Below, piece after piece: positions 25,768 to 36,865 of a DNA stretch of 36,865 bases. Positions within the stretch are counted from its first letter, which is position 1. Every line of letters starts with the position of its first letter. The DNA is from Catajapyx aquilonaris (lineage: Eukaryota): positions 1 to 36,865 of the forward strand of contig JYFJ02003881.1 in assembly GCA_000934665.2 (NCBI GenBank). The letters run 5' to 3'. A program made the position numbers and the translations under genes. The notes under the pieces were generated by a model. The model did no database searches. It saw only the letters and a list, made by a program, of their open reading frames with translations, and was not told the DNA's origin.

Positions 25768-26459
25768 AGACCGGTTGTATCAAAGCAAGTTTTCTCTAAA
25801 CTTGTGGTTACTATGCAGAAAATCCGTGATTAACAACAAACTCGTTGTATCAACGCGAGTTTTCGAAAACCTGGTGTTAAATCTCGGGTGAACTTTAACC
25901 TCCTGATTTTGGCGGTTAAGGAGGAAAACCAGTGGTTTTCTCGTTCGAAAGTGGCGTATTTCGACTTATCGAGTCGTTTTTGGGCAAATTATCAGGTGAA
26001 TAGGCACGGAATACCTCTGAAATTGTAGCCGGGGCCTGCACAAAGGAGCGGGGTACACTTGGAACGACATAGGGGCGACACTTCCCCGGGAAAGGGCTGG
26101 AAAGGTTATGGGCGCACGGCAGCTTTTTTTCGCCCAGAAGATAGAACATTTCTGAGGATTGTGACCATATGGTAACCGGCCTGAGCCAAGGTCAAACAGG
26201 GCGGCTCCCTAGTCCCTCGTCTATGTTGGCTACCATCTTTCGAATGTTGACTGGGTCACGTGACCTATCCAGCCAATGCAATGGTCCACCCCGACTGACG
26301 AACTTGGAAGGGACCCTGAGGTAATCAATCAAGTTTTCACACCACAGGTTAAGTTCACCCTAGTATTATTGATACAACGCATGTCGGAGTTTTCTTTAAA
26401 CCTCCGGTTCCAAAACCTCGGATTTTTCCCAATTTAACTCATGTTGATACAACCGGCCC
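25768..26459. mobile_element. Non-autonomous PIF/Harbinger element
   Basis: TAA|AGACCGGTTGTATCAA ... TTGATACAACCGGCCC|TAA; inner repeat of cgttgtatcaa / ttgatacaacg on both sides. Confidence 0.85.
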
Positions 26460-26644
26460 TAAGACGAAAATTCGGCCCATTGACTTCAAACCCAGTTGGC
26501 ACCCCTGTTGTTTACTGTTGCTTTGTTCGATTGTTTATTCTGAAAACTTCGAGTTACTAAGCAATTCGTTCCATTCTTCCGTTTCGGCCATCTACAGCTT
26601 TAAATTTTTGTTTTCTCGTACACCTACGAATAAGCTACAAAAAC

Positions 26645-27176
26645 ATGAGCGACTCCAATCGCAATGGTAAGTCACCTATATCCACCTTCCCATGTTTGTC
26701 AACTTACTGTTAATCGTACGTCAATCCCCAAAAATATAGGAGGGCAGGGGTCAGTACAGAACCCACGTCATAAGAGAGGTCTTAATGCTAAGAACAAGAC
26801 TCAGAGCCACCCCGCCAAAGACAAAAAAAACCATCAGTCCCCCACAACTCAAGGGAAGCAGCACAACCGGTAAGGTACACTTGAAAGATTATACACTGGG
26901 GGGGGGAGTGAGCACGGAACTCAGGACATGAAAATCCGATGTATTTTTGCTGACCAGCACACGAATCTTGAGATTCATTGTTGGCTAAGTTGTTGTCCAC
27001 AGTAAAATAATGACATTGGAAAACCTCCACATCTTTTATGCGGTACTGAGTTCGGTGGTTCACCACCCTAAGCAGGCAAAATAGCACGCCTAATTTACTC
27101 ACGTGTTTGGTCTTTCTTCAGGGGCAAGGCAAGTCGGCATCCTCCGGAGTGGGGGTCGAAAGGTACACACCGATAA
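26645..27176 (+). CDS. Candidate 3-exon gene for a 68-aa basic hydrophilic protein (exons 26645-26666, 26740-26869, 27122-27176)
   Basis: caaaaacATG start context; donors GTAAGT and GTAAGG; 73- and 252-nt introns; second intron has CTAAT branch motif and tctttcttcAG; compatible phases; AATAAA at 27251-27256; no recognisable homology; first acceptor (aaaatatAG) is weak. Confidence 0.4.
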
Positions 27177-28047
27177 CATCAGAACTCAAGAAGTATTAGG
27201 AATCGTTTTCGGACCCCTCGGTTGAATCAAAATTATTGTTACTTGTATAAAATAAATATGGTAGGTCTACACTTGAATGCCTAATTTTACAAGAATGGAT
27301 TTCATTAGCTCTAGCTTGGCTCTAGTAAGATGTATAAAAGCTGATCGTTAATACAGCGTCACATCATGCAGGTTCACACCTGCCTTAACAGTCTTCTCAG
27401 TATTTTATTGAAGAAATATGTTCCTATACTACAGGCGATTGATGGATTTGATAATTTATTATATCCATGGTTATAATCATAAACACGCATAAACATCATC
27501 ACTTTTCTGGGATGGGATGGTGGGGGCTTGGCTACGTGAGATGAAGCTGTGTGAATAAGGGACGGTACAGATCATCCTGCATAAAGAAGAAGATTCTATC
27601 TATTTATTTACTTGTTCACTTCTTCCTTCATTGGCAGTTTGGGTAAGGATATCCTTCCGGCATTACCTCGGGTCCACATCCCCCGTGAAAATTTGCTCTA
27701 TTTTCCTGAACAAAATGGAATGCTGCAGCTGTTTGACTCGTTAGGTTAGGTTTTTAGTGCTTGTTTCTTTGGATGTTTGGGGGGAAGGGACATTCGTGAG
27801 CGAGATAAGGTTGTCTTGGAAAGAAGACGTTCATTTGTAACGTCTACGTAAAATCAGAACTCATTATTGCGGATAACGCAGAAGAGCGGCTTTGAATGAA
27901 TGAAAATGAAAAGGTCCAATCCTTTTTTTTTTTACAAAATGAAGATATTGGTTTGGAAAAGGCTAATAAAGTGGCGTTATGCACAAGTAATGTAATCATA
28001 GGTGCAGCTATACTAGAGGGGCGAAACGTAGGCGCGATGACTTATGA

Positions 28048-28567
28048 CAGGGGTATTCAACTAGTTTATGACAAGGTCCAGTATTTACCTTTCATGGGCC
28101 ATTGAAGGTCCGGACCCCCCCCCCCCGGGTAAAGGTATGGATTTTATATTTTTATATGGTACCACAGGGCTCATTTTTGAAAATAGAAACATGTGCAGCA
28201 AGGGTAGAAGGGTCTATCAAGACAGGACATATTAAGACATTTTCGCCCTTTATGATGTCCTGTACAGGCGCGTAGGCAGAAAATTTCGTAAGCACAAGGG
28301 GAACAAGACGCAAAGGGCGGCGAGCAAGCCCGCCGCAGGCGAAATTTTTTTTGGGGGGGGGGGGGTAGAAGGTCACACGAGCTTAGGTGAAAGTGGGAGA
28401 TTTGAATGGGTGTGTATTTTATAAAATTGGTAGCACTTTTTCAAAAAAAAACATGAATTAGTAATATTTATCATGCTATTTCAAACAGTCCTGTATATCG
28501 TCGCGGTCCGGACAAAATTACGTCGCGGTCCGGATCCGGACCGCGGGCCGCTAGTTGAATATCCCTG
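28048..28567. mobile_element. hAT (Charlie-like) MITE
   Basis: TIR CAGGGGTATTCAACTAG / CTAGTTGAATATCCCTG; 8-bp TSD acttatga / acttagga (1 mismatch); subterminal gcggtccggatccggaccgcgggcc; a possible second element end caggcgcgtaggcag at 28265. Confidence 0.88.
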
Positions 28568-28684
28568 ACTTAGGATGATTCATTTCCCACTATGACCAGA
28601 GCCCTCTATAATCTATACTTTCCATGTGATACAATAATGGAATAATATGTGGAGGACCCTGTTAAGATCGAATATATTCAATAT

Positions 28685-29038
28685 TTATATTTATTCATTT
28701 ATTTCATTTTACTCCATTGCATTGAGAGAATCGGCGCTCCATTAGGGGGGTGGAATACCACCCTTTTACCACTCATATTTTCCGTAATTTTCATCACACA
28801 CTGTGCAAGGGACATGGGGAAGGGAATTGGGATTTTTGGGGAGGGGACACAGGTGCAAGTACAATGTCTCAAACTGGGTCATGTGCAGTCCCCCAGGTTA
28901 TGTTGCCAGACACCTCCAAAGGTGCAGGGGAGAGACCCTCCCGACGCAGGTGAAAGGGAACTCCCAGGCGGGGATCGAACATGGGACCTTTAACTCAGCA
29001 AGCCGAGACGTTACCATCTCAGCCACCACACCTCCCCC
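28685..29038 (-). mobile_element. tRNA-derived SINE related to 15873-16249
   Basis: A box TGGCTGAGATGG, B box GTTCGATCCC; 15-bp TSD gaata(t/g)attcaatat at 28670-28684 and 29039-29053; tail motif ggtgga(a/t)taccacc shared with the 16-kb SINE. Confidence 0.88.
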
Positions 29039-29194
29039 GAATAGATTCAATATAAAGTTAACGTCATCTCGACCACGTATAAAGTGCGTATGGCTCTTAC
29101 TGTAAAAGAACAAGACTACCGGTATGTCACAATTTTTATTGACACCATATACACATCACTTTCAAGAAGCCCAGCAGGCTTCATTTGGATTAGT

Positions 29195-29621
<427 letters not shown>

Positions 29622-29823
29622 CATTTGGATTAGTTTATACTGTAGTTTGATATCTAATACTGTATTCGATGCAATTCCACGTTTTAGAAACCTGATTTCA
29701 ATATTGATGTGTTAGTGAAGTATGAACAATTCTCATAACATATATTACTGTTCTAACAGTAGGATAATATAATATATTTTCATAATTATTATGAAAATAA
29801 ATTATATTATTACTTACTAATAT

Positions 29824-30050
29824 GAGGGGGTTAAAATCAAAAACCGACAGCTCCGTCATAAACGTAACGGAGAAAAACCTACAGTTTCGCCGTATATGTC
29901 AACGTGTAGCGGCTATTCCCATGTATACATATGTAGGGTTTTTGATACCATATTCAGGTATTATGTAGTCCATGGCATGAGGAATGCATTTCCGGCGCTA
30001 GCTAATTTTTTTATTTTCTGGAGCTGTCGGTTTTTGATTTTAGCCCCCTC
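29824..30050. mobile_element. 227-bp MITE with GAG...CTC termini (Sola-like)
   Basis: ~31-bp TIR GAGGGGG(T/C)TAAAATCAAAAACCGACAGCTCC; TAT repeated on both flanks; TSD length ambiguous. Confidence 0.82.
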
Positions 30051-30796
30051 TATTATAGTAAGTAATAATAATAATCAGTGGTAGCGGACGGACGCGGTGG
30101 GTACCTTTAGCTAACCATTTATGTGAAGAATCAATCACCAATCTCTTATTAAAATGCGCGTAAAATAGAGCCACAAATTTGACTCCACATCAACATCTAA
30201 ATACTGTATAATGTATATCATCGCACTGTTGGAGCATCTCAAAATATACTGCATAATATTGGAATATCTTCCCTGCTGTGCTCGTGATATCAATACCGTG
30301 CAATATATTTCCCCAAAATAAAATCGTAAGCCCATATTTCTAATATGATAACATGATAAAACTGATTTAATCCGTGCTTATGTCACCATTTCCCCCGTGT
30401 AAGTTGATTAACTGCTGCTCCCACACACGTGAAAATATATCTGTAGAATATTACTGATTTAACCGGAGAACGGCACAGATGTCTCAGGCCTTTAATAGTT
30501 TGTTTTGTTTTGACATTGTTGAAAGTCATCATTGCCATTGTGGCAGGATACCATTCCCTGAATGAAGGAATAATGCTTCCGGTACCCGCATCGTTGGCAT
30601 GTAAAGAGATTCCATAACGTTTGCTGATGCAAAATGCAGTGTGATGCATACAGTATACCGGTATAGAAATCCAAGTTAGTGTGTAGCAAGTTTTTGGCGC
30701 ATATATTTAATCTCATTACAGCATGCGGTAAAAAATATGTGCCTCACCTATCATGTCTTTTTACATGTGGTCTAGTACTTCCCACAATAACCTTAA

Positions 30797-31709
30797 AGGG
30801 ACACTCCAGTCTGAAGACAAGTTGATGTCTAAAAATCAGGCAAAAAATCCTGACTCCAACGCAAAAATCCGTTTGTCTCAAAACAGAACCGTAACCGGGG
30901 TCGTGGGGTCAAATCCTCGCCGTCTGCTAACCAAGCAGAGCCGCCACTCGGGGAATGGCAGTTTCAATGCGTTTTTCCCTATTCGGGAGTGTCGCCGCCT
31001 GCTGAGGATGATGTCAAACATCAAGCAGTCATACCTTTGGGATGGACCTAAGCGTTATTGTATGCGCATCTACAATTAGCTGCTACTTTTAGCTGCTAAT
31101 TAGGTCCATTAATCCCAAGATGGCGGCGCTCGGGCGGTCGAGAGCTAGTTGTAGTCACACGGAGGAGACTAGTACCGGTAAGTACCGGTAGTACCGGCTG
31201 ATATGTAAATGCAGCTGTAAATAAATGCGTCAAATGCTGTCGCAGGTGATGTGGAGGGCCCCGCCGAGGTTGGCAGTGGCCCCAGTGGGGAAGGAGCGGG
31301 CTAGCTGGCACGGGTTTCTCCCCTACCAATTCCAGCTTCTGGTTCCGGTTCCGAGTTCCGGGCGGTTCCAACCCCACCCAGTAGGTTGGAAAAAAATTGT
31401 ATTTTGTTGCGCTTGGATCCATGGTTGGATCCGCCGCATTAACATTTATACATTTTCAATCGAGCGCGCCAGGCATTTGTCCGGTCGTCGTTTCACCACC
31501 CACCCGAGTGAGGCGCCACTTATGGCGAGTCGGCGAATGACACGCCTCCCGTGACGTCACTCCGCAAGCGGGGGATACGAATGCTGCCAACTTTGACCTT
31601 CTCTCCGGGCCTTACTGTTCTGTTTTGAGACAAACGGATTTTTGCGTTGGGGTCAGGATTTTTTGCCTGATTTTTAGACATCAACTTGTCTTCAGACTGG
31701 AGTGTCCCT
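30797..31709. mobile_element. Non-autonomous Kolobok element
   Basis: TTAA|AGGGACACTCCAGTCTGAAGAC ... GTCTTCAGACTGGAGTGTCCCT|TTAA; ~98-bp near-identical TIRs; TTAA TSD with purine (AGG) termini. Confidence 0.9.
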
Positions 31710-32414
31710 TTAAGTCTCTGGTCGATACCTTACTACTTGTGGAATATATCGAATCGCCAGAACAATAATGCTACTATCCAGAGAAGACCGTTACTTGGTG
31801 GCATACAACACTAAAAAGGTATGTGAATAGTACGAAATAGTCAAAGGCTGCTGCATCCACTGTGAAACATTATTTTAGTGAGAGCTCCAAGAATCAGGTC
31901 ATTTCTGCAACTACTCGAAACACTTACAGTTCCAGGTGCTGTACATAATAGACACACAGCCACACACAGGTTACTATTATATGACCTCAGGGACTGAGCC
32001 ACGCTGAGCTATCACTTGATGGTGTGCGAACCAGCATGCTATCCCACAGCATGATTTCATTGGCCAAACATAGCCAATTTTTATATGAGAGAGAGAGATA
32101 ACGATCATCTTCTCCCAACATGCAAACTTTTTCAACTAAGGTAGGACTATTTCACTTGGCTAAACATCGCCTGAGATGAGAAAAAAGTAGGTTTCTATTC
32201 CATTATAAGTACGGTATTGATTTATCAGAAATTCGGAATTTATCAGTTCCAAAGTGTTCAAGGTACTTTTCTCTACCTATAATATTATGATGCACTTGAA
32301 TGAAAAGTCGAAATTTGGAGATCTACACGTATAACAAGTGTGAGTTTCTAGGGAATACAGTAGCCTACCTGAAATTCATAAATTGCCCTTTATGCGGTAG
32401 AGCGTACTTCTGGT

Positions 32415-32612
32415 TTCCTAGAAAGTGCCAGTAATTTCACGCTGTATACACATATATGAACATGTTGAACTGTTCTATTGGACATGAATTGTGTATGACG
32501 CTTTAATAATTAACTGAAGCAATTATGCATTCAGACGCATTAGTGCATTTCCAGGAGCTTATTTCGATTTTTCTAGAAATTGCCTGTAATTTCACGCGGA
32601 ATACACACCTAT
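32415..32612 (+). repeat. Pair of ~40-bp diverged direct repeats about 156 bp apart
   Basis: ttcctagaaagtgccagtaatttcacgctgtatacaca vs tttctagaaattgcctgtaatttcacgcggaatacaca. Confidence 0.6.
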
Positions 32613-32747
32613 CGGCATGCTGTACTGTCATAATTACTGCCACTTATGTTCGATAAACACCTTGGAATATATACAATGAAGGGAGCCAAACTTCCTAAAA
32701 ATTATACACTAGTTATAAGAACAAAAAACTACGTACTAGAATATTAA

Positions 32748-34594
32748 CCTCTTCTCTACCAGCTAGGCAAAAAAATGCCTAGATTTTAGCTTACGCCTAC
32801 TCTGAAAATAAAGACAAGATATTTTACAAATAATAACAGCTACATTTACCCATTCATGGACAACATTATGAATGTGTTTTGAACAATTTTACTCCTCTAG
32901 AAGTCCCGAAATTAATTTCCAAAAAGACAGTCTTAAAAACTCGAAGTTCGAGTACCGGTACTACCGGCCAACTGTTAGAGTGATTTAATTATGAAATACG
33001 CTAAAAGATACGGAACAACAACCTTGTCACGTGTGACTTTTGGACTGGCCTGTCTCACGGACTCGGCTTGTAAAATGGAATTGCTTAGTCGCTAGGATTT
33101 TTTTTCTTGAAGAGTTTTTCTGGCCCTGCGTGGCCAGTATGTGGCGTCTCCTCAGCGGAGCTGGTATGCTCTGTGTACGCTGGGTGACTTGCTATTTTGC
33201 CCCCCCCTTTGGGTTGTACGAGTAGGGTACTTGTACGTAATTTTGGGGAGTTGCTGTGGTACGGGTGGGTTCCCGTTACTTGCCAGTTGTTTGAAGGTTC
33301 GGAGGCCGTGGTAAAATTGTACACGGTCGTTTCCTCTACCTTCCCTCCCTTCCCCTTTTTATTGGGGACGTGTCGCACTGTTTGACACTGTAGGCTGTAG
33401 ATGCCTGTGTTCAACGACAGTGGTGAAGTAGGCGGTATATGCCTGTGTTCAACAACACTGGTGAAGTTGTACTCTGGACTTCTTGGACGCCAACTAGGAG
33501 TTGTCGTCTCACCGGAGTGATTGCTCGACTCAGGAATTCCAGACCTGGATCTTCTATTGAACGTATGTGTGTTACGGTGCGTGTGGTTTAATTGCGCCAG
33601 TGCATACCTTTTTTTTGGGGGCCTGCGCTTCCTTGTTGCTCCGTGCTAGTGGGGCGTGAAGCGGGCGTGGAAAGTGAAAGTGAGTGTGGAGTGTTATTTC
33701 CATGAGTGCCAAGTGTGTTGGTTATGACTCTGGTTGTAAACATGATTTGGATATTTTGTTCAGGATTGTTATGGTTGTTAATCTGACCTTCCTAGCCGTC
33801 CATTCTCCACATCCCAATTTATTGTGAACCTTTAATTTATGCGGACTTGGTCCTTTCTTTTCCTGAACAGTTGTTTATATTGAGAATAAAGTTTCTCTTT
33901 AAATGTGCACCTTAGTACGTCACTCTCTGCTTTTGGGGCCTCTTGAATCTGACCTCGTGACAAACCTTGAGAAGCGGGCCAGAGGAATTTGCTGAAATTG
34001 TCGTATTACTTTGCGAGAAATACATTAATACTAACTTTTTTGACAGTTCGGAAAACTCCCCCAAATTTATTTACTTACCGCGAAGAACGACGATTTCAGC
34101 AAATTCGTCTCATACGGTTCTCAAGGTATATATTTCGGATATTTTAACATAAGTTATTTCATAATTAATCCTTCGGCCCCAGCCACCTAGAATCTAGGTC
34201 TATAGGCGATAAGAATCGTAGTACTTCGCGAGAAGTACAGTAAATCAATTTTGAAGTTTCCCGAACTGTCAAAAAGCCGCATATACTCGTAAGTATTAAT
34301 TTATTTCTCGCAAAGTACGACTATTTCAGCAAATTTGTCTGGCAAGCTTCTCAAGGATGTTGTTCCGTATATTTTACCGTATTTCATAATTAAATCAGCC
34401 TAACAGTTGGCCGGTAGTACTCGAATTTTGAGTTTTTAAGGCGGTCTTTTTGGAAATTAATTTAGGGACTTCTAGACGAGTAAAATTTGTTAGCAACACA
34501 TTCATAGTGTTTTCCATGAATGGGTAAATATATCTGTTATTATTTAGTAAAATATTTATCCTCAGCTTTTTCGGCCTAGTTGGTAGAGAAGGGG
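32748..34594. mobile_element. Non-autonomous piggyBac-type foldback element with ~400-bp diverged TIRs, interrupted by a solo LTR
   Basis: TTAA|CCTCTTCTCTACCAGCTAGGC ... GCCTAGTTGGTAGAGAAGGGG|TTAA; left arm (32748-33024 plus 33968-~34095) aligns with right arm (~34215-34594). Confidence 0.88.
33025..33962 (+). mobile_element. Solo LTR of an LTR retrotransposon (938 bp)
   Basis: TGTCACG...CGTGACA termini; 5-bp TSD AACCT at 33020-33024 and 33963-33967; AATAAA at 33885-33890; removal restores the piggyBac arm. Confidence 0.9.
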
Positions 34595-34666
34595 TTAAAG
34601 CCGAAATTCGAAGTGGTAACAGCTTCCCATACAGATACAGGCTTCACAAGATTGGGGGACATTGTA

Positions 34667-34808
34667 CTATGGGGCTCAAATTCTTTTGGCCACTTTATTC
34701 TGGTTTTGAAGCAATCCTTCGCACAGGTCCCACGATGAGGAAGTGGGTGGGTGTGAAGGGTTGCTTCAAGACCAGGATAAAGTGGCCAAAAGAATTTGAG
34801 CCCCATAG
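34667..34808. mobile_element. 142-bp Tc1/mariner-type MITE
   Basis: TA|CTATGGGGCTCAAATTCTTTTGGCC ... GGCCAAAAGAATTTGAGCCCCATAG|TA; ~57-bp TIRs; partial second copy at 13248. Confidence 0.9.
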
Positions 34809-35172
34809 TACATACATGGTAGGTGCGCATTTTGTCTCGGATATGTGCTCCTACTGTATTTCAGGAGAAAAATTGCCCAAGTAAGTTATATTCAGGAATA
34901 TTATGGTTCATTTTAAATTATGTGTCGCCACCTATTGAACTGTAAGAAACATGTTCCTGGTCATACAATTTCTCATCCATTCGTCTGTAAGCTTTAGCAT
35001 ACACACAAAAATTACCTCTCACCGTCGCGTCGTTCTCTACCTGATTAGAAAGCGACGTCGACAATAACATCGAACCCTTCAGTAGTTCACAAGAAGGGTG
35101 TAAAAAATCACCCACATTTTTCAGGCTCAAGATATTTCATCGATAATATCCATGTACTACATTAAAATTTTT

Positions 35173-35675
35173 CTACATCATAATTTCCTTCACGAAGAAA
35201 AGTAGGGCCAACAAATGTCCACTCAGCAACAGGTAAAAGGCTCCCTGTAACGTCTGCATCGAAAACACTTCTCGGTCATTGTTAATTTCTCGGATGTTAC
35301 CATCTGCTATCCTCGCCAGTCTCCATAACCTTATGAATGTCTCTAACCGATCAGTTTTCACAATGAGACCCATACTGTTGTACACTTGTGCATAATAATC
35401 AAAATTTGGAGAGTTAATACTCCCTTTGGCCAAGGCCATTGACCAATAAAAAACGACAAAGGCATCGTCGGACACGAAAGCAGGAACAGTCCCGTCTCTC
35501 GAAGGCAAATCTCTCATCATTCTGTGGCTCAGCCAGTCTAAATGTGAGAGGCACACCACGTTTTCTGTCATTATAGTCATGTAACACTGCTTATCTTCTT
35601 TCACTAACCGTACCTTTTTCACAAGCATCGATAGTATGGTTTGTTCATCGTTTGGATCATCGTCCCCGGACACTA
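35173..35675 (-). CDS. Ionotropic receptor coding segment: S2 lobe and final transmembrane helix to stop
   Basis: ORF 35173..35673; same frame as the upstream segment; typical IR C-terminal motif GAFYLLLSGHLLALLFFVKE. Confidence 0.88.
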
Positions 35676-35677
35676 TA

Positions 35678-36239
35678 CAGGGTGTTTATTGTAACTCTGC
35701 AAAGACTTTCAGGGGTAATAGAGGGGACCAAGACAAGTATTTTTGACATAGGAACCTGTGTCCGGAAACGCCATCTAGAGGGGGTTCATAGACAAGGAAC
35801 GGGTGCGCTCAGACGCTTCGTGCGGGAGGCGCTAGGCGAGCGGACTGTTTTGTTGATAGATGGTGCTCGGATAGTAAACATCGATGCGATGTGCCATAAC
35901 CTGGCAACAGCAGAGCCATCTAGCAACTAAAGTACGCCTCCTAGGAGATGCGTGGATAGCCAACAGCGGATTTGTTGTTGCCAGGTTATGGCGTATCGCG
36001 TTGTTGTAAGCAAACAACGACGCGATACGCAATAACCTGGCAACAACTGCAATCTATCTATCAACAAAACAGTCCGCTCACCTGGCACCTCCCGCGTGAC
36101 GCGTCTGAGCGCACCCGTTCCTTGTCTATGAACCCCCTCTGGATGGCGTTTCCGGACACGGATTCCTATGTCAAAAATTCTTGTCTTGGTCTCCTCTATT
36201 ACCCCTGAAAGTCTTTGCAGAGTTACAATAAACACCCTG
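35678..36239. mobile_element. 562-bp Tc1/mariner-type MITE inserted in the IR coding sequence
   Basis: TA|CAGGGTGTTTATTGTAACTCTGC ... GCAGAGTTACAATAAACACCCTG|TA; ~185-bp TIRs; internal ataacctggcaac motifs in both orientations. Confidence 0.95.
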
Positions 36240-36698
36240 TATAGTTGTACACACGTTCTTGAACATTTATTAGAAAATCCGATTTCATAAGTTCTGGTAT
36301 TGTTCGAGGAACTTTCTCCTTGGGAGGGTAAGTCAGAAAGTAATACAGCTTTGCTACATATCCTGTGTCGATAATAATAACAAAGTAGGTCCAAAAGAGC
36401 AGGGCAATCAGAAAAGATGAAAACATTTCAGGTTTTAAGTCTGGAAACTGAAAAAGTGTCACTCGAGCCAAATACTTGACACTTCCTAGGAGTGTGTGAA
36501 ATCTGGAGGAGACACTATCAGGCATGATTTGTCTTTTGGATAAACAAATCAGAAACGACCCATAAACGAGTAAGGAAGCGAAGAAGCAACACCACGGGAG
36601 ACATTCGTATGGATAAACAATTAGTAGAGGAGAATTGATTATATTCGGATTTCTTGCGAGGAAAGTGAGCCTGTCTCCAAGATGAGGTGTAATCATAT
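36240..36698 (-). CDS. Ionotropic receptor coding segment: S1 end, transmembrane/pore region, start of S2
   Basis: Host-derived part of ORF 36223..36705; the terminal TGCLL* and the initial MT come from the flanking transposon ends. Confidence 0.85.
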
Positions 36699-36865
36699 GG
36701 GTCATTCCATGTCAATTCACCGAGCCCCCTGACCCTTGGGTTGTCAGATTTTGACGAAAATTGGCGATTCGCTTTAATTACGTCTTTCAAAAATACCATT
36801 TGCGCGGTTTTGAGATTTACCCCCCCTCCCCGGAGATAGGCCCACCGAAAAAAACGTCATTTTCG
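36699..36865. mobile_element. End of a second DNA transposon (Zator-like terminus) interrupting the IR gene; truncated by the window edge
   Basis: GGGTCATTCCATGTCAATTCA matches the 17203 terminus GGCCTAGTCCATATCAATTCA at 16 of 21 positions; IR-like coding stops at this point and an in-frame TGA follows; other end not visible. Confidence 0.65.

Larger units (their letters stand above)
35173..36698 (-). pseudogene. Divergent ionotropic receptor (IR, variant iGluR chemoreceptor) gene, intronless in the visible part, disrupted by transposon insertions; N-terminus outside the window
   Basis: S1 end (TPHLGDRLTFLARNP), first TM (PYECLPWCCFFASLLVYG), next TM (LFWTYFVIIIDTGYVAKLYYFLTYP), S2 (PRTIPELMKS...MALAKGS...MGLIVK), last TM (LQGAFYLLLSGHLLALLFFVKE); removing the MITE and one TA gives a continuous 319-codon frame from ATG 36696 to the stop at 35173. 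Confidence 0.9.

Noticed and set aside
26788..27102. Minus-strand DSCAGQQK resembling the DxCxGQNKN transposase motif
   Set aside because: No hydrophobic strand before the Asp and no downstream GH...D motif; it lies inside the predicted intron of the plus-strand candidate gene
35652..36394. Additional ORFs overlapping the IR region
   Set aside because: Read through the MITE inverted repeats or are alternative frames of the IR sequence

Overview
Repeat-rich eukaryotic genomic DNA, most likely arthropod (insect-like). The one confidently recognisable host gene is an intronless divergent ionotropic receptor (IR, variant iGluR chemoreceptor) on the minus strand at the right end. Its otherwise intact reading frame is interrupted by a 562-bp Tc1/mariner-type MITE (removing it restores the frame exactly) and, further 5', by the end of a second DNA transposon that runs out of the window. 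The rest is a dense set of non-autonomous elements with readable TIRs and TSDs: pogo/Tc1, PIF/Harbinger, hAT, Kolobok, piggyBac, Zator-like and Sola-like MITEs, a solo LTR nested in the piggyBac element, and four tRNA-derived SINEs including a V-domain SINE. Less certain are a candidate 3-exon gene for a 68-aa basic protein (26645-27176), several decayed coding-like cassettes between about 5 and 23.5 kb with faint shared motifs, and direct evidence of transposon excision footprints. No prokaryotic features, CRISPR array or intact transposase were seen. Superfamily assignments rest on termini and TSDs only; no database search was run.
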